From: Candidatus Taylorbacteria bacterium RIFCSPHIGHO2_12_FULL_45_16
Lineage (GTDB): Bacteria > Patescibacteriota > Minisyncoccia > Phycocordibacterales > PALSA-1337
DNA: 54,015 bases
Reading direction: 5' to 3'
NCBI GenBank assembly: GCA_001821055.1
Contig: MHRT01000010.1
Coordinates: forward strand, 1 to 54,015
This document shows, piece by piece, positions 45,698 through 54,015 of the stretch. Numbering within the stretch: position 1 is the stretch's first letter; the number at the start of each line of letters is the position of its first letter. Below the pieces are notes generated by a model that was not told the DNA's origin, made no database searches, and saw only the letters and a list, made by a program, of their open reading frames with translations. Position numbers and translations under genes: made by a program.

Positions 45698-47674
45698 CTA
45701 CTCGTCTTCCTCTACCATCCCCGCTGTGGAGATTTCCTCATCAATGATTTTCTCCCTTTCTTCTTTATTCTCCTCATCCTTCATATTCTTTTTATTCAAC
45801 TCATTCTTCTCATTCATTTTTCCCCTCCCCTTTGCCGCTTTCATAAACTCCGTGAACAATGGATGTGGCTGGAGTGGCCGTGCCAAAAATTCAGGATGGA
45901 ATTGCGTGCCTAGGAAGAATGGGTGTGTGGGTCTACCCCCAGAAAACGAAGACGATTCTGTTCGCTTCGCTTTCGAGTCGTCTTTCTCGAACTTCGCAGA
46001 AAATCTTGGCAATTCGGCGATTTCCATCAGCTTTCCGTCAGGTGATTTTCCGGAAAATACCAAGCCGGCCTTCTCCAATCGCTCGACATATTTCGGATTG
46101 ACCTCATAGCGATGACGATGTCGCTCTTCGATCAAGGTCGTCAGTTTCGGTAGCTTCTTCCCGGCAAAATATGAGTAAGCTTCTTGAGCAATAGATCCTT
46201 TCATCAGTCTGGCCAGATAAACTCCGAGACGCATTGAACCGCCATAATTACCTCCGGCAATCTTCTTTTTCTGATCAGGCATGACATCTATGACTGGGTG
46301 CGGCGACTTTGGATCTATCTCCGTCGTGTGCGCGTCCTTCAGGTCCACGATATTGCGCGCGTATTCAATAATCATGAGTTGCATGCCATAACATAATCCG
46401 AAGTATGGTATCTGATTCTCGCGAGCATAACGAATAACATTCAATTTACCTTCAATGCCCGATTCCCCAAATCCGCCTGGGACGATGATGCCATCCATCT
46501 CATCCAATTTTTTATAAAAAAGGAGGTCGGACCTTGAGGTCGAATCTTGATTCCCCTCAAAATCTCTTGAATTCACGGTATGTATAACCGGCTTCACACC
46601 CACAGCATATCCGGAAAATTTGATCGCCTCCAGCACCGATAAATACGAGTCAGTCAGCACGAAATCTCCGGTATTGAAATATTTACCGACAATGGCAATA
46701 TTCAGGGTTTTGCGTTCATGATTCTTGATGCCACGAGCCATCTTTCTCCAATCCGCGAGCGAAATAATCGGATGGGTCGATAGATGACGGGCAGTCTGTT
46801 TATCGACATGCAAGACTTCCAGAAGAATCTCCGTCAATTTGTCATGATCAAAATTTATTGGCACATCATAGATACTCTGGATATCAGGTGCTGAAATAAC
46901 ACGCTTAGACAAAATGTTACAAGCCGTGGCAATCTTTTCCTTACGTCGCTCGTCAAGCGACACTTCGGCGCGAGCGATGACGATGTCAGTCGTCACGCCA
47001 TATGAAGCCAGTTGGTGTACGGCATTCTGCGTCGGCCGAGTCTTCATCTCGCCCAAAGTCCCAGGGGTTGGCAAATACGAAACCATGATAAATGCTACAT
47101 CCTGTGGATGACGAATTTTGAGCACGCGGGCGGCTTCAATAAACATGATGTTCTGATAATCCCCGACTGTGCCGCCAATCTCTATAATTGAGACATCTGA
47201 CTTATTGACTCGCGCGGAGTGTTCAAAACGATGAACTATTTCATCGCGGATATGCGGAATCGCTTCGACGCATTTGCCGCCATAGCCAAGCGCCCGTTCT
47301 TTCTCTATGACATGTTTATAAACCATACCGCTGGTAATATAGTCGTCAGCGGTCAAATCGCGATTCAAAAATCGCTCGTAATTTCCCATGTCTTGATCCG
47401 TCTCCATGCCGGAATTGAGCACAAAGACCTCGCCGTGTTCAGTTGGATTCATTGTGCCCGCGTCCACATTCAGATATGGATCAACTTTGACCAAATTGAC
47501 TTTGAAGCCTTTGGTGGCAAGAAGGGTGCCGATGGAAGAAGTAGCAACACCCTTCCCCACACCCGACATGACACCGCCGATGACAAAGATATATTTGTGG
47601 TTCAAATTGACCTTGCGCGGCTTGGAAACCGTACTTCTTACAGCAATGGCTCTCTTCCCAGGCTTCCTTTTCAT
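45698..47674 (-). CDS. pyrG: CTP synthase with N- and C-terminal extensions
   Basis: GGVMSGVGKGVATSSIG, GATase GLCYGMQL and HRHRYEVN. At 658 aa it includes an insertion before FLGTQFHPEF and an acidic/Lys-rich tail. Confidence 0.9.
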   Translation of the reverse strand: MKRKPGKRAIAVRSTVSKPRKVNLNHKYIFVIGGVMSGVGKGVATSSIGTLLATKGFKVNLVKVDPYLNVDAGTMNPTEHGEVFVLNSGMETDQDMGNYERFLNRDLTADDYITSGMVYKHVIEKERALGYGGKCVEAIPHIRDEIVHRFEHSARVNKSDVSIIEIGGTVGDYQNIMFIEAARVLKIRHPQDVAFIMVSYLPTPGTLGEMKTRPTQNAVHQLASYGVTTDIVIARAEVSLDERRKEKIATACNILSKRVISAPDIQSIYDVPINFDHDKLTEILLEVLHVDKQTARHLSTHPIISLADWRKMARGIKNHERKTLNIAIVGKYFNTGDFVLTDSYLSVLEAIKFSGYAVGVKPVIHTVNSRDFEGNQDSTSRSDLLFYKKLDEMDGIIVPGGFGESGIEGKLNVIRYARENQIPYFGLCYGMQLMIIEYARNIVDLKDAHTTEIDPKSPHPVIDVMPDQKKKIAGGNYGGSMRLGVYLARLMKGSIAQEAYSYFAGKKLPKLTTLIEERHRHRYEVNPKYVERLEKAGLVFSGKSPDGKLMEIAELPRFSAKFEKDDSKAKRTESSSFSGGRPTHPFFLGTQFHPEFLARPLQPHPLFTEFMKAAKGRGKMNEKNELNKKNMKDEENKEEREKIIDEEISTAGMVEEDE

Positions 47675-47714
47675 AAAGCCATTCTAGTCAAGCACTATAA
47701 CTTTGTCCAGTTGA

Positions 47715-47752
47715 AAGACACCAAGAAAATGTGTCTTAATTAAAGAGACACA
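47715..47752 (-). promoter_or_regulatory. Three-segment alternative hairpin in the ftsX-pyrG spacer (terminator/antiterminator-like)
   Basis: gtgtctt (47731-47737) can pair either with aagacac (47715-47721) or with gagacac (47745-47751). In the minus sense the upstream hairpin is followed by AUUUUCUU. Confidence 0.35.
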
Positions 47753-47778
47753 ACACTCGTGACGCTTAACGGCAATCG

Positions 47779-48735
47779 TCACACTTTGAGATACCTCCGA
47801 GCCGCGATATAGCTGGAAACTCCCCCCAACACTATTCCGGCCGACATAATAATCACAAAAATCTGACCGAAGTTCTGCATGAAATAACGAGCTAAAATAT
47901 TGACTGCCAGTTCAAAATCGACCGCGACTTGCACGCCGGCAAACTTAAGCACGACCGTATCGCTCCAATAAGCAAATGCCGCCATAAGGATGAGAGTGAT
48001 AACGCCGGAGACAATACCATACATGATACCGGAAATGACCAGCGGACCGCGCACATAAATATTGCTCGCACCAACCAATTTCATCACCGAAATCTCGTCT
48101 TTGGAGGTGTAGACGACCAAGCGGATTGTATTCCAAATGACGATGATAGCCACGATTATGAAAATAACGCCGGCGACAAAACCCGCTTGTTCAACGGCCG
48201 GGATAATCCGTCCTAGGCGTTCAATAACCAACTTATTCTGCTGATAATTTATCTTCTCTATGAGCGGCGTGCCGTCGGCGGTCGTCGGCACTTTATTTTC
48301 AAGAAAATTAACCACGCTGGCATATTGTCCAGGATCTTTCGCTTTGACATTCAACGATGCCGGGAAAGGGTTGGTGCCTATCTCGTCCAATCCTCGCATG
48401 ATAAGCGCGTTGTCCTGCCACTTGGCCTTGAATTGCACAAGCGCTTGATCGCGCGACAAATATTCAACTCGGGATACTTCCATCAGACGCTCAACATCCT
48501 TTTTTAGGACCAAAATGTCAGCTTCCGGCGCCTCAAGCGTGAAATAAACATTGACATCGACTTTGTCCTTTACGTCAGCGATCAAACTACGTCCGAACGC
48601 GCCAGCAAATATAAGTGCGCCAAACGAACAAAGAGACAATGTGATGACGACAATGGCGGCAAACGACAAAAACCCATTTCGCCAGAAGTTGACGAAACCG
48701 GTGCGAGTTATTCTCTTGAAAGTAGTAAAAATCAT
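47779..48735 (-). CDS. ftsX: Cell division permease FtsX
   Basis: 318 aa. TM1, a large extracytoplasmic loop, then 3 TM. It lies 3 nt downstream of ftsE. Confidence 0.8.
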   Translation of the reverse strand: MIFTTFKRITRTGFVNFWRNGFLSFAAIVVITLSLCSFGALIFAGAFGRSLIADVKDKVDVNVYFTLEAPEADILVLKKDVERLMEVSRVEYLSRDQALVQFKAKWQDNALIMRGLDEIGTNPFPASLNVKAKDPGQYASVVNFLENKVPTTADGTPLIEKINYQQNKLVIERLGRIIPAVEQAGFVAGVIFIIVAIIVIWNTIRLVVYTSKDEISVMKLVGASNIYVRGPLVISGIMYGIVSGVITLILMAAFAYWSDTVVLKFAGVQVAVDFELAVNILARYFMQNFGQIFVIIMSAGIVLGGVSSYIAARRYLKV

Positions 48736-48738
48736 GTT

Positions 48739-49434
48739 TTACAAAATATATTTTCCTCCTTTATCATCCCGAATCACTTTCCCTTTCTCCATCGTAATAA
48801 CTCTCCCCTTGACCGTGTCCACCACCCCCTTGTTGTGAGTCGTCAATAGGATCGTCGTGCCAAGCTCATTAATTTTTTGTAAAATCCGAATAATTTCGTA
48901 AGTGTTGACCGGATCAAGATTGCCTGTCGGTTCATCGGCAATCACGATATCCGGTTGATTGACGATGGCTCGCGCTATAGCCACCCGTTGGCGTTCGCCG
49001 CCCGAGAGTTCATGCGGAAAATTCCAAATCTTGTGGCCAATGTCAACAAGCTCAAGCACATGAGGCACATCGGCGGCAATTTCGTTGTCTTTGCGGCCGG
49101 AAGCCTCCATGGCAAAAGCGATATTTTCATACACGGTCTTATTCGGTATGAGACGATAATCTTGGAAGACCGTGCCGATGCGCCGGCGCAACTTGCTCAT
49201 CTCGCGTTTATTGAGATGATTGATGTTTGTTGACTCAAAGAAAATCGCTCCTTCAGTCGGACGATCTTCGGCTATAAGCATTTTCATCAGCGTAGTCTTG
49301 CCAGCTCCGGAATGACCAACAATCGTCACAAACTCTTTGGGTTCCACGCCGAAACTGACCCCCTCAAGAGCAACAGATTTGTCAGGGTAGATTTTGGTGA
49401 CTTTGTCGTAGTAGATCATGGATTCATTATACAA
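48739..49434 (-). CDS. ftsE: Cell division ATPase FtsE
   Basis: GHSGAGKTT, LSGGERQRVAIARA and VIADEPTGNLD. Confidence 0.9.
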   Translation of the reverse strand: MYNESMIYYDKVTKIYPDKSVALEGVSFGVEPKEFVTIVGHSGAGKTTLMKMLIAEDRPTEGAIFFESTNINHLNKREMSKLRRRIGTVFQDYRLIPNKTVYENIAFAMEASGRKDNEIAADVPHVLELVDIGHKIWNFPHELSGGERQRVAIARAIVNQPDIVIADEPTGNLDPVNTYEIIRILQKINELGTTILLTTHNKGVVDTVKGRVITMEKGKVIRDDKGGKYIL

Positions 49435-49543
49435 AAATTGATCTAATTAACCTAATTGTATAATCATCAAGTTTTCAATGTTCAATGATCAATTTGAAAG
49501 GTGGAGCTTGATCCTTGAACACTGAACATTAGAAAATTTCTTT

Positions 49544-50470
49544 CTATAATTCCTTCTCCGCCTCTATAAATTCATCCAGATCCCCTTCCAAGACCTTATC
49601 AACCTGCGCCGTCTCAATGTCAGTCCGATGGTCTTTGATCATTTTGTATGGATGGAGGACATATGAACGAATCTGATTGCCCCATTCTATGGAAGTAGTC
49701 GAGGAAATCTGCATTCCACGCTCTTTGGCGACTCGCTCATCCTCCATCTTCTTCCAAAGTTTTCCGCGAAGAATATCCAAAGCTTTCTCGCGGTTCTGCG
49801 CTTGCGAGCGTTCGGAAGTCACATGAATGGAAATGTTCGTCGGCTTGTGAACCAACCGGACCGCTGTTTCGCGTTTGTTCACGTTTTGTCCACCGGGACC
49901 TCCGGATTTGGCGATTGAAATCTCCAGATCACTGTCGGATATGACCAGATCGCTTGCCGAAGTTTTCTCTAATTTTGGGATCACTTCAACAAGAGAAAAA
50001 GAAGTGTGGCGCTTCTTATTGGAATCAAAAGGTGAGATTCTGACCAGACGATGAACACCCGACTCATTCTTCAAAGTTCCATAAGCGCCCAGAGTTCCGC
50101 CGGCGCCTACCGAAACGCCACTATTTTTACCACTTATTTCCACGGTAATATTTCTATAACCACCATGATCGTTTTCATTGCTATGAATGACCAACCAACC
50201 CCAGCCTTTATTTTCCGCGTATTTTCTATACATCCGCAGAAGCATGGCCGAAAAATCTTCGGAATCATCCCCGCCGGCACCCGAAAGTATGGTCAAGATG
50301 GCGTCACCCTTATCGTATTTGCCGACCCCTTCCAGATCCGCCTTCAACCCCTGCAATTCTCTAATCGCTGTCTGTGCGCCGTCCCTATCATCCCAAAAGC
50401 CAACGACGTCCATAGCCGTCTCCAATTGCCGGATTCTTTTTTCGATTTCCTCTTTTCGATTGGTCGTCAT
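49544..50470 (-). CDS. prfB: Peptide chain release factor 2, short form without programmed frameshift
   Basis: SPF tripeptide (RISPFDS) and GGQ (GGPGGQNVN). 308 aa. The start is 1 nt from the upstream gene's stop. Confidence 0.85.
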   Translation of the reverse strand: MTTNRKEEIEKRIRQLETAMDVVGFWDDRDGAQTAIRELQGLKADLEGVGKYDKGDAILTILSGAGGDDSEDFSAMLLRMYRKYAENKGWGWLVIHSNENDHGGYRNITVEISGKNSGVSVGAGGTLGAYGTLKNESGVHRLVRISPFDSNKKRHTSFSLVEVIPKLEKTSASDLVISDSDLEISIAKSGGPGGQNVNKRETAVRLVHKPTNISIHVTSERSQAQNREKALDILRGKLWKKMEDERVAKERGMQISSTTSIEWGNQIRSYVLHPYKMIKDHRTDIETAQVDKVLEGDLDEFIEAEKEL

Positions 50471-50473
50471 ACT

Positions 50474-50875
50474 TCAAAACTGACGAGAGAGTCTTTCTCT
50501 GACTTTTTCCAAGATGTCCTCTATGGTCCAATCTGACTTTACTAAATAATACGCCGGTTCGTCTATAGCGATAGCTGTTATCTTCTCATCATCGGCGCTT
50601 AGATTCGTGAGCAGTATGACCGGAACGCCTTTGCCCCAGGAATTCTCGCGTCGCAGTTTTCTGAGCATCGTCATGCCGTCCATTTTGGGCATCACGATAT
50701 CCAGAAGAATGATGTCCGGCTTTTCCTTTAGGGCGATTTTGAGTCCTTCTTCGCCGTTTCCGGCCGTCAGAATACGAAATCCTTCACGAATAAATTTGTC
50801 TTCGAGAGCCTTCCGTTGGGACGACTCATCATCTATTATAAGTATTCTTTTGTTCATCAAATCCGCCATGATCAA
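50474..50875 (-). CDS. Single-domain response regulator (receiver only)
   Basis: ILIIDDE, DIILLDIVMPKMDG, and the conserved Lys region. 133 aa. Confidence 0.85.
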   Translation of the reverse strand: MIMADLMNKRILIIDDESSQRKALEDKFIREGFRILTAGNGEEGLKIALKEKPDIILLDIVMPKMDGMTMLRKLRRENSWGKGVPVILLTNLSADDEKITAIAIDEPAYYLVKSDWTIEDILEKVRERLSRQF

Positions 50876-50962
50876 AATAATATCACAAAGTGGTCTATCG
50901 GGAAATCCCCTTTTCGAGACGCTGAAATCACCGAGATTTCCTATTTGTCATTTTTTTGCGTA

Positions 50963-52678
50963 TCAAGATATGGGAATAGCCAGATAAAATGTGGTGCCTT
51001 TGTTCAGTTCAGATTCAAACCAAATATCCCCCTTGGCATGTTCAATGATGGATTTGGTGAGATATAGACCCAATCCGGTCCCGTCCGTGTCCTTGTCTTT
51101 GACATTGTCAGCACGAAACAGTTTCGTAAAAATCATTCCATATTGGGCCTTTGGGATGCCATAACCCGTGTCGGTCACCCGGACGAGCAGGTTTTTCGTT
51201 TTTAGTTCTCGGTTCCCGACAGACTCTCCCTCACGCACCAATGATATATCTATGCTGACGACTCCATTTTCCGGGGTATATTTCACGGCATTGGAGACAA
51301 TGTTCTGTATGGCGATGCGTAGAAGTTTGGGATCAATCATCAGCGGACGCAAATCTGGAGCAAAACTTTCTTTGATAATTATCTTCTTCTCCTGTATTTG
51401 TGTTTTGAACTCCTCCAATATGTCTTTCGTGAAGGCGGTCATCTCCATCAGTTCCGGATTTACGACAAACACTCCGAGTTCTATCCTGGATATGTCCAAA
51501 AGAGCATTGACTAGAGAGATTATCCTTTGGTTGTTCAGGTATATCTCATTGAAATATCCCCTCTGTTTTTCATTCAATGGACCGGCGTCTCCCGAAAGAA
51601 GCATCTCCAAAAACCACTTCATGCTCGTGGACGGCGTCCGCAACTGATGCGAAGCCAGCGAGACGAATTCACTTTTAGCATGGTCAATCTCCCTCTCTTT
51701 GGTGACATCGTGAAAGTTGTCAATAGCGCCGATGACTTTACCGTCAAGAATAACGGCAGCGGAGGTGATCACGACAGGAAAATTTGTTCCATCGTTTCTA
51801 GTGAAAAATGCGACCATGGTACTCATGCCGGCCGTCGCCAATGTTATATATATCGGCCTTTTCTCTTTCGGAATGGCCTTGCCATGATCATCCACAACCG
51901 GGATGGTTTCGTGCAGACTTCTGCCTTTTATCTCATCAAAGCGTTTTCCGAGCATCTTTTCGGCCACTCGGCTCATGGCAATGATTCGCCCAGCGTCATC
52001 GACCGCGACCATACCGTCGGCGATACTCTCTAGCATGGCCTTCTCTTTTGCCACCATCTCCTCGAGCTCTTCCACGACCGTCCTGACCCATGTGAGATTG
52101 ATCATAACGATGACAAAAAGCAAGATGGTCAGCGCCCCGATACCTATACTCAATCTTTCTTGTGTAGCGAATATTTCACCGCCGACTATGACTTCGAGCC
52201 GTTCGGCCTTTTCCGTCATTTCTGTCCTAGTGATGAGCAGTCGGCTTACCAGTTGCGCCTCAAGCTCACGCGACTCTAGCATCTCCGGATGTGTCGGAAA
52301 ATCTTTGAAGAGTTGTCCACTAATTTGTTTGGTAATGTCATTGTCTTTCTTTAACAGAACTAGAAGCTCGGCCTCGGCGGACTCATTGAGGTATTTTCCC
52401 ACCTTTTCAAACAACTCATCTATAGTCTGACTGGTCAAAATCCATTGTGCGTGAGAATTCTCGTCGCGATGCAACAGATATTCATCTACTAGATTTGCCT
52501 GATGAAAAATTTCGGCGCGGATATTGCTAGTTAACCCCAGTTCCAAAATATTTTCCTTAGTCTGCATCAAGGCGACAAAGATAAACACACCCGCCAGAAT
52601 GGAAGCGAGAAAAGAAACGACAAAAACTATGACGACCTTCTTTCGGATATTCATGGGACCACCAATCAAGTATATCAA
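50963..52678 (-). CDS. Sensor histidine kinase (2 TM, PAS, HisKA, HATPase_c)
   Basis: H-box SHQLRTP, N-box NAVKYT, G1 DTGYGI, G2 GTGLGL. A PAS-like segment precedes the H-box. Confidence 0.85.
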   Translation of the reverse strand: MIYLIGGPMNIRKKVVIVFVVSFLASILAGVFIFVALMQTKENILELGLTSNIRAEIFHQANLVDEYLLHRDENSHAQWILTSQTIDELFEKVGKYLNESAEAELLVLLKKDNDITKQISGQLFKDFPTHPEMLESRELEAQLVSRLLITRTEMTEKAERLEVIVGGEIFATQERLSIGIGALTILLFVIVMINLTWVRTVVEELEEMVAKEKAMLESIADGMVAVDDAGRIIAMSRVAEKMLGKRFDEIKGRSLHETIPVVDDHGKAIPKEKRPIYITLATAGMSTMVAFFTRNDGTNFPVVITSAAVILDGKVIGAIDNFHDVTKEREIDHAKSEFVSLASHQLRTPSTSMKWFLEMLLSGDAGPLNEKQRGYFNEIYLNNQRIISLVNALLDISRIELGVFVVNPELMEMTAFTKDILEEFKTQIQEKKIIIKESFAPDLRPLMIDPKLLRIAIQNIVSNAVKYTPENGVVSIDISLVREGESVGNRELKTKNLLVRVTDTGYGIPKAQYGMIFTKLFRADNVKDKDTDGTGLGLYLTKSIIEHAKGDIWFESELNKGTTFYLAIPIS

Positions 52679-52700
52679 TTTTCCGAGGAACCGACAAAAC

Positions 52701-52776
52701 TGGAGCCAAAGCCCGGGATCGAACCGGGGACCCTCGCTTTACGAAAGCGATGCTCTACCAACTGAGCTACTTTGGC
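52701..52776 (-). tRNA. tRNA-Thr (anticodon CGU), CCA encoded
   Basis: GCCAAAG-TA-GCTCAGTTGGTAGAGC-A-TCGCT-TTCGTAA-AGCGA-GGGTC-CCCGG-TTCGATC-CCGGG-CTTTGGC-T-CCA. Confidence 0.9.
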
Positions 52777-52868
52777 CCTACTTCGCTCTGTATACACAGA
52801 GCTTCGTAGGGCAAGCACAAAAAATAATAAGCCTGCACTTCGAAGCCTTGCGAAGCAAGGCGAAGTAG

Positions 52869-53124
52869 TGGAGCCGATGTCCGGGATTGAACCGGAGACC
52901 TCGCCATTCGTTTACACCTCTCCTTGCGGGAGGACTAGACTGTATCTTTCTCCATCATTCAATGGAGACCCTTGTCAGTCGTTCGGGCGCAAATAATATC
53001 GCGCCACGGTCTTATCCCTTAAGGACTTTAACCGTTATTCGGGATTCACATATGCGTTACCGCAGATGTGGGCAGGGTCTTACGACCTACCAATGGCGTG
53101 CTCTACCAACTGAGCTACATCGGC
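52869..53124 (-). tRNA. tRNA-Thr (anticodon GGU) interrupted by a 180-nt intron after U36; CCA encoded
   Basis: Exon 1 (53124-53089) is GCCGATGTAGCTCAGTTGGTAGAGCACGCCATTGGT. Exon 2 (52908-52869) is AATGGCGAGGTCTCCGGTTCAATCCCGGACATCGGCTCCA. Joined, they give a perfect 76-nt cloverleaf. Confidence 0.8.
52909..53088 (-). other. Group-I-like intron in the tRNA-Thr(GGU) anticodon loop
   Basis: The 5' exon ends in U paired to G in a P1-like helix, and the intron ends in G. Hand-folded helices occur in the order P1, P2, P4, P6, P7, P8, P7', P9, with GNRA (GUAA) loops on P1 and P2. Confidence 0.55.
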
Positions 53125-53195
53125 AAACTTGATCATGCATCAAGATAGCTCCATAAGAATAGACTATTTATCAGATATTTTCAATCGATTTGATG

Positions 53196-53270
53196 CGCGG
53201 TCGACGGGATTCGAACCCGCAACCTCTCCCGTGACAGGGGAGTGCTACTATCCAGTTGAGCTACGACCGC
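53196..53270 (-). tRNA. tRNA-Asp (anticodon GUC)
   Basis: Acceptor GCGGTCG/CGACCGC, anticodon arm CTCCC-CTGTCAC-GGGAG, T arm GCGGG-TTCGAAT-CCCGT. The D stem has one mismatch. No CCA is encoded. Confidence 0.85.
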
Positions 53271-53965
53271 ATTTGAATGAATTTTTCAAAAACAAGCTTT
53301 TTTCTAGAAAGAAAAAGCCTGTGTGGCTTATTATACATGATTTTGTATATTTTCAAAGAATCGAGAGTACTGAATGACAATCTTGCATAGGTGCCACTTT
53401 TCGATTTGTACAATGATCCGCCGACAACACCTAGTTCTTTTAACAACACAAAAAGACCTTTCAGAAAATCAAAGGAGGCGCTGACAAAAACAACAAGAAT
53501 TCCAGGTGTAGGAGTTTTTCTTTTTGGGTGAGTCATTCCTTGCCAAACACATCCATCTCCATCAAAATAGCCTCTGATAAAATCGTTGACATGTTTCTTA
53601 GGAATTTTTGGCAACTTCATACGCTTTGCCTTATTTGGGGTTAAGCCCAAAGTAATTAGATCAGCAAAAAGTTCCTTACTTCCGATTTGAATTTTATACA
53701 CAGGACCAGATTCATATATACAAGTTGAAATCTTATGATTTGATCTCATCGAAAGCGCCATTGAAACTAGAAGATCACGATCTGCCGTATATATAGCAAC
53801 AAAATGAGTGTTTCTATTTGTCTTAATGATGTTACCGTCAGCAAAAAGAAAGCCAAGAATATATGCCATATCAGATGACCACTTCTTAAAAAATGTTTTA
53901 TTGAATTCTTTGTGTATAGGCATGACAGTATTATACACTATACAAATAAATACAGAAACTACCAC
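53261..53965 (-). CDS. Double-motif LAGLIDADG homing endonuclease
   Basis: Two LAGLIDADG motifs, YILGFLFADGN and FIRGYFDGDGC. The likely start is Met15 (53923). The stop codon lies inside the first 10 nt of tRNA-Asp. Confidence 0.85.
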   Translation of the reverse strand: MVVSVFICIVYNTVMPIHKEFNKTFFKKWSSDMAYILGFLFADGNIIKTNRNTHFVAIYTADRDLLVSMALSMRSNHKISTCIYESGPVYKIQIGSKELFADLITLGLTPNKAKRMKLPKIPKKHVNDFIRGYFDGDGCVWQGMTHPKRKTPTPGILVVFVSASFDFLKGLFVLLKELGVVGGSLYKSKSGTYARLSFSTLDSLKIYKIMYNKPHRLFLSRKKLVFEKFIQMRS

Positions 53966-53984
53966 CCTTTCATACTCAAATCTG

Positions 53985-54015
53985 TGCCGACGCCTGGACT
54001 CGAACCAGGGACCTT
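53985..54015 (-). tRNA. Partial tRNA (3' part only, cut by the window end)
   Basis: The reverse complement gives ...AAGGTC-CCTGG-TTCGAGT-CCAGG-CGTCGGC-A. The anticodon lies outside the window. Confidence 0.6.

Noticed and set aside
49435-49543. Imperfect inverted repeat (tcaatgttcaatgatcaa ... ttgatccttgaacactgaacatt) between prfB and ftsE.
   Set aside because: The arms need several gaps to align. It is most simply an ordinary intergenic terminator or operator-like hairpin, and there is not enough evidence for anything more specific.
50440-50520. Looked for the canonical RF2 +1 frameshift site (CUU UGA C) and an upstream short ORF.
   Set aside because: The upstream sequence is the 3' end of the response-regulator gene. 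The only UGA context (UUU UGA AGU AUG) leads to an immediate stop after a +1 shift. I conclude there is no programmed frameshift.
1-54015. Searched by eye for CRISPR arrays, rRNA genes and reverse transcriptases (retron/DGR/group II).
   Set aside because: I found no regularly spaced direct repeats, no rRNA-like conserved blocks, and no YxDD-containing ORF. The only tandem-like repeats lie inside the RNase P RNA.

Overview
The window is gene-dense and mostly minus-strand. It looks like a small-genome Patescibacteria/CPR-type bacterium using the standard genetic code, since RF2 is present and TGA is used as a stop. That taxonomic guess is inference from gene content only: an AspRS without the GAD domain, a ~44-aa insertion in LepA, a shortened RF2, and an intron-containing tRNA next to a LAGLIDADG gene. 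Left backbone (1-30.5 kb): tRNA-Gly, an ftsB-like gene, lepA, murJ, a Wzy/TPR membrane protein, RNase P RNA, class II RNR, DUF192, DUF1761, a Cas4-like nuclease, cyclophilin, a DHH phosphoesterase, an AlkD-like protein, aspS, an SDR, DEAD-box and PIF1-like helicases, NDH-2, a ZIP transporter, an ABC exporter, a VanY-like peptidase, SWIB and an NMO-like oxidoreductase. Right backbone (45.7-54 kb): pyrG, ftsEX, prfB, a two-component pair, and a tRNA cluster (Thr-CGU, Thr-GGU split by a 180-nt group-I-like intron, Asp, a LAGLIDADG ORF, and a partial tRNA). An accessory segment of about 30.6-45.7 kb surrounds tRNA-Gln(CUG). It starts with gene debris: a Nudix-box fragment, a start-less ORF and a 5'-truncated serine recombinase. 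Next comes a visibly AT-richer ~9.5-kb integrated element. It carries one tightly coupled operon (ASCH/DUF3850, a membrane-anchored HerA/FtsK-like ATPase, and MTase-REase-MTase), a 307-nt GC-rich deeply nested structured element, an orphan ORF, a two-tyrosine HUH rolling-circle Rep, a Nudix protein, and an intact large serine recombinase whose ORF runs antisense through tRNA-Gln. Right of the tRNA lie a trhO remnant, dut, rhuM, and CYTH and HD genes. No rRNA genes or CRISPR arrays were seen. The best candidates for something new are the structured element at 38082-38388, the RM+HerA+ASCH operon, the AICE-like organisation of the whole element, and the compact tRNA-Thr intron.
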